Part shown: positions 51,342 through 60,941 of the stretch, one piece after another | Layout of the letters: each line of letters begins with the position of its first letter | Position numbering within the stretch: the first letter of the stretch is position 1 | IMG/VR virus record: IMGVR_UViG_2568526086_000002 | Coordinates: 1,489 to 65,488 of that record | Length of the DNA stretch: 64,000 nucleotides | Direction: 5' to 3' (one strand) | Source: a virus | Lineage: Duplodnaviria; Heunggongvirae; Uroviricota; Caudoviricetes | Translations under genes and position numbers: made by a program | Notes under the pieces: generated by a model | The model's input: the letters and a program-made list of their open reading frames with translations, nothing else | What the model was told of the DNA's origin: nothing | Databases searched by the model: none

Positions 51342-51857
51342 ATGGCGTTAACACACCGCGAACTCTGTCAGATTGCGTATAAGTTCCTTAAGCGCAACGG
51401 GTTCAAGGTTTGTTTTCATGACCGCTTTATAGCTGTAACCAGTACCGGAGAACAGCCAGATGCTATGGGATTCAGAAATTCAGCATCATGCCTGATAGAG
51501 GCGAAGTGTTCTCGTGCTGACTTGTTGGCAGATAGAAAAAAGCGTTTTCGTAAAAATCCATCTCTTGGAATGGGCGACTGGCGATTCTTTATTAGTGAGC
51601 CGGGAATTATTTCAGTTGAGGATTTACCACCTGGCTGGGGATTACTTCACGTTGTTAACGGAAGAGTACGGAAAGTACATGGGTGGCCCAAGGGTAATTG
51701 CTGTTGGGGTAATCCTGACGATAAGCCATTTACTGGAAATAAGCAGGTTGAATGCGATTACATGTTATCTGCATTAAGGCGCATGGAGTTGAGAGGGCAC
51801 CTTAATGAAATATATGACGGTGTAATTGTTAATAAGAAAGAAGGAAACGCGGCATGA
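51342..51857 (+). CDS. PD-(D/E)xK nuclease-like protein (171 aa from MALTHREL)
   Basis: 'PDAMGFRNSASCLIEAK' has the D-x(n)-ExK spacing. Confidence 0.5.
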   Translation: MALTHRELCQIAYKFLKRNGFKVCFHDRFIAVTSTGEQPDAMGFRNSASCLIEAKCSRADLLADRKKRFRKNPSLGMGDWRFFISEPGIISVEDLPPGWGLLHVVNGRVRKVHGWPKGNCCWGNPDDKPFTGNKQVECDYMLSALRRMELRGHLNEIYDGVIVNKKEGNAA

Positions 51858-52249
51858 TCACTATTACCAATAAGAAACAGTATCCCAGCGAGCAATATCT
51901 TAATGAGCTGATCACCAACATAGAGTTTGCTGCAAGGGCACCAGTTGAAGTCGTGAGAGCAATGGCAGCAGAGCTACAGAAGCGGCGCGAAGCTGATAGC
52001 GCAGAACCAGTTGCTTATATTTTCAAACATCCGGCCGGGAAATTATTCTGGGCTTTAACGGATGAAAGTAATAAAGAGCAAGCGGACGTTATTCCTGTTT
52101 ATGCCGCCCCTCCAGTGCCAGTAGTACCTGAAGAAAAACCAATGCCTAACCCTCTTAAAATGTACGCGGTCGATGCTGTTGCCGCTATTGCAGAGGTGAG
52201 AGGCTGGAATGCCTGCCGCGCCGCCATGCTTCAGGGTAAAGGAGAGTGA
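51854..52249 (+). CDS. Paralogue-family protein ending '...GWNACRAAMLQGKGE' (131 aa)
   Basis: Shares its C-terminal motif with ORFs 52457..52864 and 52857..53543. Confidence 0.55.
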   Translation: MITITNKKQYPSEQYLNELITNIEFAARAPVEVVRAMAAELQKRREADSAEPVAYIFKHPAGKLFWALTDESNKEQADVIPVYAAPPVPVVPEEKPMPNPLKMYAVDAVAAIAEVRGWNACRAAMLQGKGE

Positions 52250-52251
52250 TA

Positions 52252-52460
52252 TGGCTATTGCCGCAAGTTACACCATGCATCTCTATTGTGACTGCCGCCA
52301 GTGTACGGAAGGTGTATATCCAGTGCCAGACTTCGGTGAGTATATCGGTACGTCATGGGCTGGCTGTGCAAAAGAGGCGCGTAAGGATGGCTGGCGAATA
52401 AGCAAAGACAAAACACGTGCTTTTGCGCCCGGGCATAAAGTTTTGAGGATTAACAAATGA
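52252..52460 (+). CDS. Small Cys-rich protein (69 aa)
   Basis: 'CDCRQCTEG' zinc-ribbon-like motif. Coupled to its neighbours. Confidence 0.45.
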
Positions 52461-52864
52461 CCACTATTACCAAAGAGCGACTGCTGACAATCAAGCAGTG
52501 GCGCGAAACATACGGACCTGGTAGCAACGTTGTACTGCCAGCAGAAGAAGCGGAAGAACTGGCACGAATTGCTCTGGCATCGCTGGAAGCAAAACCAATA
52601 GGTGCTTTCCACATTGCAGAACAGCAAGTTGACGGCACAAGTGACTATCTCAAGGATGGAGAATGGCCTATTGATAATGGGATTATTGAAGTCTACACCG
52701 CCCCGCCAGTACAGGTAGTACCTGCTGCATTACCTGAGAACGACGATGAGGACGGGCATGACATTGATTATCTTGAGCCATCTGAAGTTTACGCGCTTGG
52801 GCGAACAGCTGGCTGGAACGCCTGCCGCGCCGCCATGCTAAACAAGGAGGAGAACAATGGATAA
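52457..52864 (+). CDS. Paralogue-family protein ending '...GWNACRAAMLNKEENNG' (135 aa)
   Basis: Same family as 51854..52249, including the internal 'YAAPPVPVVP/YTAPPVQVVP' motif. Confidence 0.55.
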   Translation: MTTITKERLLTIKQWRETYGPGSNVVLPAEEAEELARIALASLEAKPIGAFHIAEQQVDGTSDYLKDGEWPIDNGIIEVYTAPPVQVVPAALPENDDEDGHDIDYLEPSEVYALGRTAGWNACRAAMLNKEENNG

Positions 52865-53543
52865 TCGATATGAAATAGCAGAACAAAATGGCATGAGCCT
52901 AGAGTTCGCTGACTGGTTCTTTGATAACAAAAAAGATGGCTGTGGAAACGCTTGGTTCGTGATAATGGCTGCCATGTGGGAAGGCTGGAAAGGCCGGGCA
53001 GAACCGCCAGTTCCGGAAATACAGGCTGATGTCGCGCAAGCAATTGAAAATCTCAAGCAGAAGTTAGTGGAATGCAATCGCTATAACTACTGCGCAGATG
53101 CAGTTAAGGGCGTTGAGTATGCCTGCCACGCTGCCATGCTTCAGGGTAGCCAACCTGTAAGCCAAACTTACAAGTTTCCAGTTAATACACCTTGCCAGGA
53201 TGCGCCAGCCCATATCTGGCTGCAAACAGCTGGAGTATGGCCAGAAGATGGCGAGTTAAGCGAATTAACGTGGTGCAGCCACAATCAGCACCATGATGAC
53301 ACGCTATATGTTCGAGCTGACTTGGTAAATGGCAATTCTCCGGTAACTCCGGATGGTTGGATAAGCTGTAGTGAGCGAATGCCCGCTCAAGATGATTGGA
53401 TTTTAATTTATTCAAAGCACGGCGAGTATATGGCAGGACAGGTACAAGGGGAATACGTGGAGTTGAGCGACGGCACTTTATCGTGGTTAGGGAACGTCTT
53501 GTTCTGGATGCCGCTACCGGAACCGCCGCAGGAGGCGAAATGA
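52857..53543 (+). CDS. DUF551-type protein (228 aa) with the family 'ACHAAMLQG' motif
   Basis: C-terminal 'GWISCSERMPAQDDWILIYSKHGEYMAGQV...WMPLPEPP' matches the DUF551 domain found in lambdoid ea regions. Confidence 0.6.
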   Translation: MDNRYEIAEQNGMSLEFADWFFDNKKDGCGNAWFVIMAAMWEGWKGRAEPPVPEIQADVAQAIENLKQKLVECNRYNYCADAVKGVEYACHAAMLQGSQPVSQTYKFPVNTPCQDAPAHIWLQTAGVWPEDGELSELTWCSHNQHHDDTLYVRADLVNGNSPVTPDGWISCSERMPAQDDWILIYSKHGEYMAGQVQGEYVELSDGTLSWLGNVLFWMPLPEPPQEAK

Positions 53544-53800
53544 TGGATGTAAAAGAGAAGATTTTGCAGGTGATGCGTTCTCGGGCTGCCCTGCAAGAGA
53601 AAGCTCTCGGCGGGGAATATCCATTCACGATAGCAACCTGGAATCTGCGGTTGGCAATAGAGAAGGAATTTCCTGATGAAGAATGGCGCTCGGCAGATTT
53701 GCGCAAAATTCTTATGGAGCTGGCTAAAGACGGAACAGTATCCAAAGATACCCATGCCAGCCGGATTGGTCAGGCGGTATGGAGACTGGAGGTGAGGTAA
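53540..53800 (+). CDS. Hypothetical protein (86 aa)
   Basis: GGAGG SD, then MMDVKEK. Coupled to its neighbours. Confidence 0.5.
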   Translation: MMDVKEKILQVMRSRAALQEKALGGEYPFTIATWNLRLAIEKEFPDEEWRSADLRKILMELAKDGTVSKDTHASRIGQAVWRLEVR

Positions 53801-54081
53801 TGGCTAACCTGCAACTTGCCGTTAAAGGTGAATACTTCGATGCCATGATTCGCGGGGAGAAAACGGAAGAGTATCGCCTGTGTAATGACTACTGGAATAA
53901 GCGCCTCGTTAACCGTAAGTATTACCGCCTGATTATCACAAAGGGATATCCGAAGCGCAAAGACTTCAGTCGCAGAATTGACGTCCCGTATAACGGATAT
54001 GAAATAAAAACAATCACACATCCACACTTCGGTGATAAACCGGTAAAGGTGTTCGCGATAAAAGTGAAGATTAATAGCTAA
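53800..54081 (+). CDS. ASCH domain protein (93 aa)
   Basis: 'YFDAMIRGEKTEEYR' is the GxKTxExR ASCH signature. Confidence 0.65.
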   Translation: MANLQLAVKGEYFDAMIRGEKTEEYRLCNDYWNKRLVNRKYYRLIITKGYPKRKDFSRRIDVPYNGYEIKTITHPHFGDKPVKVFAIKVKINS

Positions 54082-54104
54082 ATTTCAATTAACACGGAGT
54101 AATT

Positions 54105-54398
54105 ATGTGGCGCGGTAATAATCATGGCGGAAGTCAGATGATACTTACCGAATATACGTTCGACCACAAAACCAATAAATCACGTTCAGTATATTTGCTT
54201 CGGCACAATAGCCGTGTAAGAAATACCGTTCTGGAGCAAAATCTGACCGTTGAAATGGATAATTTGGGAAACTTCAAGCCAACAATATCGCTTGATGATT
54301 TTCCGTGTGGTTTAAGCGAAAGAGAAGCAATGCTGAAATTAGCAGAATGGCTACAAAGATTAAGCATTGCTATTGAAGATAACTGGTCTGAACCTTAA
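54105..54398 (+). CDS. Hypothetical protein (97 aa)
   Basis: ORF. Confidence 0.45.
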   Translation: MWRGNNHGGSQMILTEYTFDHKTNKSRSVYLLRHNSRVRNTVLEQNLTVEMDNLGNFKPTISLDDFPCGLSEREAMLKLAEWLQRLSIAIEDNWSEP

Positions 54399-54404
54399 AT
54401 TAAT

Positions 54405-54779
54405 ATGATGACACTAAAACATTTTCTTGACCGCCCATTATGGGCGGCAGCCGCAGGCTATGACTTTAATTATATGGATTGCATGTCTTATACTGCCAAT
54501 GCATACGACCATTCGTTCAGCCTGCTGTTTAATTCTTTAAGAATATTGCCGGAAACAGAAGTTGGAGAGCTTCATTTATGGATATTGGGCTTTATCGCGG
54601 CTGGAGTTGGTATTGCCGTATGGCCTTTTATTTTCTGGCTGGTGGCTGTTGTAGTGTGGTTTAAGTGCAAGACGTACCGGAAAAAGTATTTCTTAGGTGA
54701 TGGAATGACTGATATTGCCAAAATGAACATTGAAAAATGGACTAAGGAATGTGAAAAGAAATGGCGCAAAAAGAAATGA
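54405..54779 (+). CDS. Membrane protein (124 aa)
   Basis: Two TM helices (LWILGFIAAGVGIAVWPFIFWLVAVVVWF). Confidence 0.5.
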   Translation: MMTLKHFLDRPLWAAAAGYDFNYMDCMSYTANAYDHSFSLLFNSLRILPETEVGELHLWILGFIAAGVGIAVWPFIFWLVAVVVWFKCKTYRKKYFLGDGMTDIAKMNIEKWTKECEKKWRKKK

Positions 54780-55441
54780 CTACTCTAACGACAGCATACT
54801 TACAGCAATTGGTATTTTTTGCAGGCGAGGCTACTTGTCATCCTGACGCAAACTATTTATTGGAATTTGAGAGGTTAGCGTCACCCGGTATCGTTCTGGA
54901 ACTGGCCCAACAGGTGCTGGCCTTGAGACAAAAAGAGCAACATGAAAGTAATACGTGTAGATTGAATTTTGAGCAGTGGCTGGAACAGCAACGCGGAAAA
55001 ATCGATGTGGACTGTGGTTGTGTGTCCACTGAAACATTCATGCACTGGCTGCGGGTAGCTTACGAGGCTGGCAACTATCCGGATATTCCGGATAGTTCGG
55101 TGCCAGCGCCAGGAAAGGGCGTCACCGGTGAACGTATCCGCATTAAGCCGCATGTTTATCGCGAACTGGTTAACCGTCTCCACGATACAGCGATCAAGTG
55201 TGCTGGCACCCAGCAATTACGAGAAAGAATTAGCCGTGTTTTGGGCGACGTTATTACGCCAGATCATCATAAACAAGCCGAGAAAAGTGGCCTGGAAAGA
55301 TGTCACCTTGAGGCGGCATTAAACATTAAGCCGGGGCATACGCTTGGCATTATTGATGCACTATTGGTTCATAAGATGGCCAGGGCTTTATTGCCGCTGG
55401 TGGCTGAAAAGCATGAGGTGGACCATGCCAACGAAAGCTGA
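54761..55441 (+). CDS. Hypothetical protein (226 aa)
   Basis: ORF. No recognised motif. Confidence 0.5.
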   Translation: MAQKEMTTLTTAYLQQLVFFAGEATCHPDANYLLEFERLASPGIVLELAQQVLALRQKEQHESNTCRLNFEQWLEQQRGKIDVDCGCVSTETFMHWLRVAYEAGNYPDIPDSSVPAPGKGVTGERIRIKPHVYRELVNRLHDTAIKCAGTQQLRERISRVLGDVITPDHHKQAEKSGLERCHLEAALNIKPGHTLGIIDALLVHKMARALLPLVAEKHEVDHANES

Positions 55442-55586
55442 ATTACAGGTGCGCGTAGATGAGCTTGAAAAAGAGAACGCGAGCCTCAAAAAAATGCTGT
55501 CGCGGGCGGAAAGGGAATTATCAGGCAAATTATTGCCAGAAGAACTGCCACCAGCAGATATACCTGATCGAGTGTCCTGTGGATGA
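55431..55586 (+). CDS. Short coiled-coil protein (51 aa)
   Basis: MPTKAELQVRVDELEKENASLKKML... Its start overlaps the previous stop. Confidence 0.35.
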   Translation, partial: TKAELQVRVDELEKENASLKKMLSRAERELSGKLLPEELPPADIPDRVSCG

Positions 55587-56075
55587 AGTATTTCCGTGCA
55601 CCGTGGGAGGCGTTTTGGTGCTACGACCATCGCAGATGGTGTGATGAACTTGATAGCAGTTTTCCCTACTTTGCGGAAGGGAACACCTGCCCTCAATGCA
55701 GGGGATAGCATTTGACGAAATCGATCACCCTATCCTGAACTTCAGAAAGAAGGTCTTTTTCACGCGCCAGGACGTCAGGATATTGACGTTCTGGCCTTAC
55801 CAGATGCCGGAGCTTCCCATTAAGCAGAATGGCCTCAGAAAACACTTTTACGCTGTGCTTTATCCCCTCTGTTTCACTTTTCAGCGTCAAAATAAAGCGC
55901 AATTGCTTATTAGCCTGATTCAGATTCAATACACGAATTTGCAGTTCGTCTATGCTGTTTCGCAATGTGATTGATGCCACCACACTGGTGCAGTCTCTGA
56001 TTGTCTGAATTGAACGGCTAACATTGAGAACGTTATTGTGCATGTGCCTGATCCACTAACTCCTGGAGGTTTCTT

Positions 56076-56327
56076 GTGTCAGATCGAAATATAGCAGCTA
56101 AAAGCCAGGAAGAGCGAGACAAGGTGAACGTAGACCTTGCCGCCAGCGGCGTTGCTTACAAAGAACGGCTGAATATACCTGTGATTGCAGAGCAGGTGGC
56201 CCGTGAGCAACCGGAAAACCTGCGCGCCTATTTCATGGAACGGCTACGGCACTACCGGCAGTTAAGCCTCCAGTTGCCAAAAGGGAGCGATCCGGTGTAT
56301 CAGAACGAGGATGCACCAAAAAAATAA
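56076..56327 (+). CDS. hot: Homologue of DNA polymerase III theta subunit (HolE), 83 aa, GTG start
   Basis: '[43 protein letters not shown]' aligns along its length with E. coli theta ([25 protein letters not shown]...). Confidence 0.85.
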   Translation: MSDRNIAAKSQEERDKVNVDLAASGVAYKERLNIPVIAEQVAREQPENLRAYFMERLRHYRQLSLQLPKGSDPVYQNEDAPKK

Positions 56328-56703
56328 CGGCAAGATGGGGGAGACATTAAACATGCTTAACTATCACGACAACACGCGTTCTATGCAGACAATCCGCACC
56401 AATACAGCGGTGGTCGATAGCTTTCCTGTACATACTCAAGGCCGTGAAGATACCGTGGAAGTGCGACGCATGTTGTGTCGCCGGTCACCAGGCCACCAGC
56501 ACTTCATCGTAACGTTTAAAAGCGATGTAGAGCGCGCCGAGAAAATCTCTAACTCCACATCTCTGGTTAAGCCGTTGGCGGAGGTTATTGTGCGCAACAA
56601 TAAGGCGCGCTTTGTCCTTGAGGAGCATCATTCTGATTTTAATGAAAAAATTGAGTCAAGCATTTTGCAATATATGAATGGCAAGTTCACGCCACCAATG
56701 TGA
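56311..56703 (+). CDS. Hypothetical protein following hot (P1 lxr position), 130 aa as called; start possibly at the MLNYHD methionine
   Basis: ORF overlapping the hot stop. Confidence 0.5.
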   Translation: MHQKNNGKMGETLNMLNYHDNTRSMQTIRTNTAVVDSFPVHTQGREDTVEVRRMLCRRSPGHQHFIVTFKSDVERAEKISNSTSLVKPLAEVIVRNNKARFVLEEHHSDFNEKIESSILQYMNGKFTPPM

Positions 56704-56764
56704 TTAGCCCCCAGCGTGGCGCGCCTACAAACCCCGCTTTCACAAACTATGCCTTTTCAATGTA

Positions 56765-56784
56765 TACTGTATGGATAAACAGTA
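56765..56784. promoter_or_regulatory. LexA (SOS) box TACTGTATGGATAAACAGTA in front of humD
   Basis: Perfect CTGT-N8-ACAG palindrome 18 nt upstream of the humD SD. Confidence 0.85.
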
Positions 56785-56802
56785 TCATTGAGGTAAAACG
56801 CT

Positions 56803-57192
56803 ATGGGCTTCCCTTCTCCTGCGGCGGATTATGCAGAGAGCCGTATTTCTCTTGATCAGCAACTAATCAGACATCCTTCAGCGACCTACTTCATGCGGGC
56901 GGCAGACAGCCATCACCGTGAGGGAATATTGCAAGGTGCTTTGCTGGTGGTTGATTCCTCACTTACTCCGGTTGATGGCTCACTGCTTATATGCGCTATG
57001 GAGGGGGAATATCGCGTAAAAAGATACCGGAAGTATCCGCGCCAGCACCTGGAGGATTTAAGCACCGGGAAGAAAGAGGCGTTACCAGTAGATGACAATG
57101 GTTACACGGGTAGTAATGCTGTTTTTGGTGTGATCACTCATGTCATCAATGATGCCCGGAGTGGGGAGTTTGATGATTGTCCGGTCATTTAA
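56803..57192 (+). CDS. humD: UmuD'-like protein encoded directly in its processed form (HumD), 129 aa
   Basis: 'MGFPSPAADYAESRISLDQQLIRHPSATYFMRA' aligns to UmuD starting exactly at the Cys24-Gly25 autocleavage site. The catalytic Ser (DSH) and Lys (RVKRY) regions are conserved. Confidence 0.85.
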   Translation: MGFPSPAADYAESRISLDQQLIRHPSATYFMRAADSHHREGILQGALLVVDSSLTPVDGSLLICAMEGEYRVKRYRKYPRQHLEDLSTGKKEALPVDDNGYTGSNAVFGVITHVINDARSGEFDDCPVI

Positions 57193-57264
57193 GCTGCAAA
57201 GTGCTGGTGCTTTATGCCTGTGAGGTTTATAATTGCGTACACATAACGAGTACACGAGGTGTTT

Positions 57265-57486
57265 ATGCAATCCATTAACTTCCGTACCGCGCGCGGCAAA
57301 CTTTCTGAAGTGCTCAACAATGTTGAGGCCGGGGAAGAGGTTGAAATCACCCGCAGAGGCCGTGAGCCAGCAGTAATTGTCAGCAAGGCTACTTTCGAAG
57401 CCTACAAAAAAGCGGCGCTGGATGCTGAATTTGCATCCCTGTTTGACACCCTGGACTCCACCAACAAGGAACTGGTTAACCGATAA
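57265..57486 (+). CDS. phd: Phd antitoxin (73 aa)
   Basis: Phd/YefM family. TAATG overlap with doc. Preceded by an operator with paired GTACAC half-sites. Confidence 0.85.
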   Translation: MQSINFRTARGKLSEVLNNVEAGEEVEITRRGREPAVIVSKATFEAYKKAALDAEFASLFDTLDSTNKELVNR

Positions 57487-57866
57487 TGAGGCATATATCA
57501 CCGGAAGAACTTATTGCGCTTCATGATGCGAATATAAACCGCTACGGCGGCCTGCCGGGAATGTCAGATCCGGGTAGGGCAGAGGCCATTATCGGGAGAG
57601 TTCAGGCCAGAGTTGCCTACGAAGAGATCACCGACCTTTTCGAAGTCTCCGCCACCTACCTGGTGGCTACAGCGAGAGGGCATATATTCAATGATGCCAA
57701 TAAGCGTACCGCGCTAAACAGTGCGCTGTTATTTCTACGCCGTAACGGGGTGCAGGTATTTGATTCACCTGAGCTGGCAGACCTTACTGTAGGCGCTGCG
57801 ACTGGCGAGATATCTGTATCTTCTGTCGCCGACACGTTACGTAGATTGTATGGTTCTGCGGAGTAG
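57486..57866 (+). CDS. doc: Doc toxin (Fic/Doc kinase family), 126 aa
   Basis: Fic motif '[10 protein letters not shown]'. Confidence 0.9.
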   Translation: MRHISPEELIALHDANINRYGGLPGMSDPGRAEAIIGRVQARVAYEEITDLFEVSATYLVATARGHIFNDANKRTALNSALLFLRRNGVQVFDSPELADLTVGAATGEISVSSVADTLRRLYGSAE

Positions 57867-57870
57867 ATTA

Positions 57871-58050
57871 ATGGCACGTAAATACAACAAGTTGTCCCGT
57901 GAAGCGTTAAAGATGCTTCTTGATGGCGTGAGTCGCCGCGAGGTAAAGCAATACCTGGTTGGTAAGCAAGTTGGTGTCAGGACCGCTATTGCTGTGTTAT
58001 GCCGTCAGGAAATGGTTGTGCTTAAACAGAGAATGCCGGGCAGCAGATAA
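57871..58050 (+). CDS. Small protein downstream of doc (59 aa)
   Basis: ORF starting MARKYNKL. pdcA position. Confidence 0.45.
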   Translation: MARKYNKLSREALKMLLDGVSRREVKQYLVGKQVGVRTAIAVLCRQEMVVLKQRMPGSR

Positions 58051-58077
58051 AGCCCAATCAGTGATGAAAGGTGTGAT

Positions 58078-59121
58078 GTGAAAGCCGTAATTACTCCCTT
58101 TGTACAAAAAGAGCTTGGCGTCGCCACATTCAAAGTGGATCAGGAAGTCAGAAAGCTGGTGGAGGCTGGCCGTAAATTTATTATGGAGCCGGTGCCGCGT
58201 GAGTTAATCGAGCACATGGACGACGGCCTCGTTGTTTCCGAGCAAACTATGGCAACAAATGAGGCGTTGCAGCCGTTTTTTAACAGCGATGAACTGTTTC
58301 GCCGTATTGGTGGAATTGACGCGCTGGTGGCGTGGTTGCGCAGGAAAGAGGGGCAATGCCAGGCCGCAGATCGTAGCTGGTGTGACAACCATATTGTCCA
58401 CGCTGAACGAGATAATAGCGCGGTGTTGTTGTGCTGGCATCACGATAACCATTACCGGATGCGTGGTTTTAATGAGCTGAAAGAAACGCTGCATAATAAT
58501 CGCGTTAACTGGATACTGGATGTCGCCCGTCAGGAAATGGGGCTTTCAGATGGCCATGATTTAAGTATTCAGGAACTGTGCTGGTGGGCTTTCATGCGCA
58601 ACATGATGCACCTGATGCCGGAAGAAGTTTGCCGTATATCAATAAATAAGATGAAAGCCGCAACGCAGGATAGCGGACCTCTGAAAGAGGCGGATATTCG
58701 CCCGTATGACGATCGCGCTACAGCATATGTTCAGATGATGGAAGAACGCGCCGCGCCGATGCGTGCAAAAGTATGCCCTGTGGATGTTGACTCCGACCCT
58801 GGCATGGCGCATTTCAAAATCCCAAAACTGCAATCGCTAAAATTACCTGAGTACATGGACTTTGTTGCTTCCCGTCCATGCTGTGGGTGTGGAGCGGCGG
58901 GAGCTGGCGCTCACATTACGCCTTATATCGTTCGTCATAGTCGATTATGCGCGCATGACATTTACGCAATTCCTCTGTGCCAGTCATGCCAGCGTGATAT
59001 TGAGCGTGACCGCGATAATTGGGAGAAGACGCACGGTAGGCTGGCGATGCATCAACGATTGTTCTTTGATTACGCGCTTGGAGTCGGCGCTATCACAAGT
59101 CACTCGTCGAGCGTTAGATAA
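58078..59121 (+). CDS. Cys-rich hypothetical protein (347 aa, GTG start)
   Basis: ORF with a C-terminal '[12 protein letters not shown]...CQSCQRD' cluster. pdcB position. Confidence 0.55.
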   Translation: MKAVITPFVQKELGVATFKVDQEVRKLVEAGRKFIMEPVPRELIEHMDDGLVVSEQTMATNEALQPFFNSDELFRRIGGIDALVAWLRRKEGQCQAADRSWCDNHIVHAERDNSAVLLCWHHDNHYRMRGFNELKETLHNNRVNWILDVARQEMGLSDGHDLSIQELCWWAFMRNMMHLMPEEVCRISINKMKAATQDSGPLKEADIRPYDDRATAYVQMMEERAAPMRAKVCPVDVDSDPGMAHFKIPKLQSLKLPEYMDFVASRPCCGCGAAGAGAHITPYIVRHSRLCAHDIYAIPLCQSCQRDIERDRDNWEKTHGRLAMHQRLFFDYALGVGAITSHSSSVR

Positions 59122-59122
59122 A

Positions 59123-59139
59123 ATTGCTCTAATGTATTG
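59123..59139. promoter_or_regulatory. C1 operator-like site (ATTGCTCTAATGTATTG) in front of lpa
   Basis: The conserved left half ATTGCTCTAAT is present. The right half is degenerate. Confidence 0.6.
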
Positions 59140-59239
59140 CTATTTCTTTAATCGAGGGTATTATATTCCACGTTGATTAGTTGACATGGGCTAATCAGTA
59201 GGTGACAGGATGTTACTTAACTGGCAGGGACGCCACTTC

Positions 59240-59662
59240 ATGGAAATAAATCACTCACGAATAACATCGTACGAGATTGCGGATTACATGATCCGCACTA
59301 AATCTCTTCTATCAGCGAAAGAACTCGCAGCAATTCTTGAAAAGGAATACCCGCATCTGGATGTCGATAAGCGCGATGTTTATCTGCGCTTAAAGGCTAT
59401 CGCTGTGTCTAAGTATTCGTCTGTTTTGATTGATGACAGTACACGCCCACGTAGATTTCAGATCCACTCTCTGAATCCTGAATTCTTTCGCCGCAGCCGC
59501 GCGCCGCGCCGGTTTGATGAAAAACTCCAGAACGAACTCTATATGACGCAGGACGAAAAGGAACGCCGGGAACACCAGCCTTGGGTAATGGCGCGTCAAC
59601 TTTTCAATAAGGTAGCCCGTCAGCACCGTCATTACGGTAATGCCACATCCGCACGTATCTGA
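59240..59662 (+). CDS. lpa: Late promoter activator-position protein (140 aa)
   Basis: Position between the operator and pacA. Basic, with putative HTH. Confidence 0.55.
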   Translation: MEINHSRITSYEIADYMIRTKSLLSAKELAAILEKEYPHLDVDKRDVYLRLKAIAVSKYSSVLIDDSTRPRRFQIHSLNPEFFRRSRAPRRFDEKLQNELYMTQDEKERREHQPWVMARQLFNKVARQHRHYGNATSARI

Positions 59663-59747
59663 TTGATTACTTGCCCGTTCCGGGCCTTTTGACATGTGAC
59701 TTTCGTTACCCTCGCGTCAAAAAGAGTTTTTACGAAAGGAAGCATAA

Positions 59748-60941
59748 GTGACCTGGGACGATCACAAGAAGAATTTTGCTCGCCTGGCGCGAGATGGTGG
59801 TTACACCATCGCACAGTATGCCGCCGAGTTTAATCTTAACCCTAATACCGCACGTCGTTATCTCCGTGCCTTCAAAGAAGACACCAGGACAGCGGACAGC
59901 CGCAAGCCAAATAAGCCAGTCAGGAAGCCTCTAAAAAGCATGATCATTGATCACTCTAATGATCAACATGCAGGTGATCACATTGCGGCTGAAACAGCGG
60001 AAAAACAAAGAGTTAATGCCGTTGTCAGTGCCGCAGTCGAGAATGCGAAGCGCCAAAATAAGCGCATAAATGATCGTTCAGATGATCATGACGTGATCAC
60101 CCGCGCCCACCGTACCTTACGTGATCGCCTGGAACGCGACACCCTGGATGATGATGGTGAACGCTTTGAATTCGAAGCTGGCGATTACCTGATAGATAAC
60201 GTTGAAGCGCGGAAGGCCGCGCGCGCTATGTTGCGTCGGTCCGGGGCCGATGTTCTGGAAACCACTCTTCTGGAAAAGTCTCTTTCTCATCTCCTTATGC
60301 TGGAGAACGCCAGGGATACGTGTATTCGCCTGGTGCAGGAAATGCGCGATCAGCAAAAAGACGATGATGAAGGTACTCCGCCTGAATACCGTATCGCGAG
60401 CATGCTAAACAGCTGTTCCGCGCAGATAAGCAGCCTGATCAACACCATTTACAGCATCCGGAATAACTATCGAAAAGAAAGCCGGGAGGCGGAAAAGCAC
60501 GCTTTATCTATGGGGCAAGCTGGCATTGTTAAGCTGGCATACGAACGAAAGCGTGAAAATAACTGGTCAGTGCTGGAAGCGGCTGAATTCATCGAGGCGC
60601 ATGGAGGAAAAGTGCCTCCCCTGATGCTGGAGCAAATCAAAGCCGATCTGCGTGCTCCTAAGACCAATACCGATGATGAGGAAAACCAAACAGCATCTGG
60701 CGCTCCATCACTTGAAGATCTGGATAAAATCGCGCGAGAACGGGCCGCCAGCCGCCGCGCTGATGCCGCATTGTGGATTGAGCATCGTAGAGAAGAAATT
60801 GCCGATATCGTCGATACAGGTGGTTATGGTGATGTCGATGCGGAAGGCATATCAAACGAAGCATGGCTTGAACAGGATCTGGACGAAGACGAGGAGGAAG
60901 ACGAAGAAGTTACCCGCAAACTGTACGGGGATGATGATTAA
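59748..60941 (+). CDS. pacA: Terminase small subunit PacA (397 aa, GTG start), contains the pac site
   Basis: N-terminal HTH '[21 protein letters not shown]', acidic C-terminus, TAATG coupling to pacB. Confidence 0.8.
59941..60110. promoter_or_regulatory. pac: pac packaging site: two clusters of TGATC(A/G) hexanucleotides (4 + 3/4) carrying Dam GATC sites
   Basis: 'tgatcattgatcactctaatgatcaacatgcaggtgatcac' ... 'aatgatcgttcagatgatcatgacgtgatcacc'. Confidence 0.75.

Noticed and set aside
55693-56043. 116-aa minus-strand ORF just upstream of hot (and the antisense 92-aa plus ORF at 55696..55974)
   Set aside because: Its only start has a poorly spaced SD (17 nt). It would share a 32-bp intergenic region with the hot RBS. 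It is antisense to a plus-strand operon. The plus-strand partner has an aberrant F/Y/Q-rich composition. I kept neither as a gene, but a regulatory antisense transcript cannot be excluded.
56803-57192. The humD-like ORF considered as a 5'-truncated umuD pseudogene
   Set aside because: The ORF starts precisely at the UmuD' boundary. It has its own SD and a perfect LexA box. This matches the known P1 humD design, so it is a functional pre-processed gene, not a fragment.
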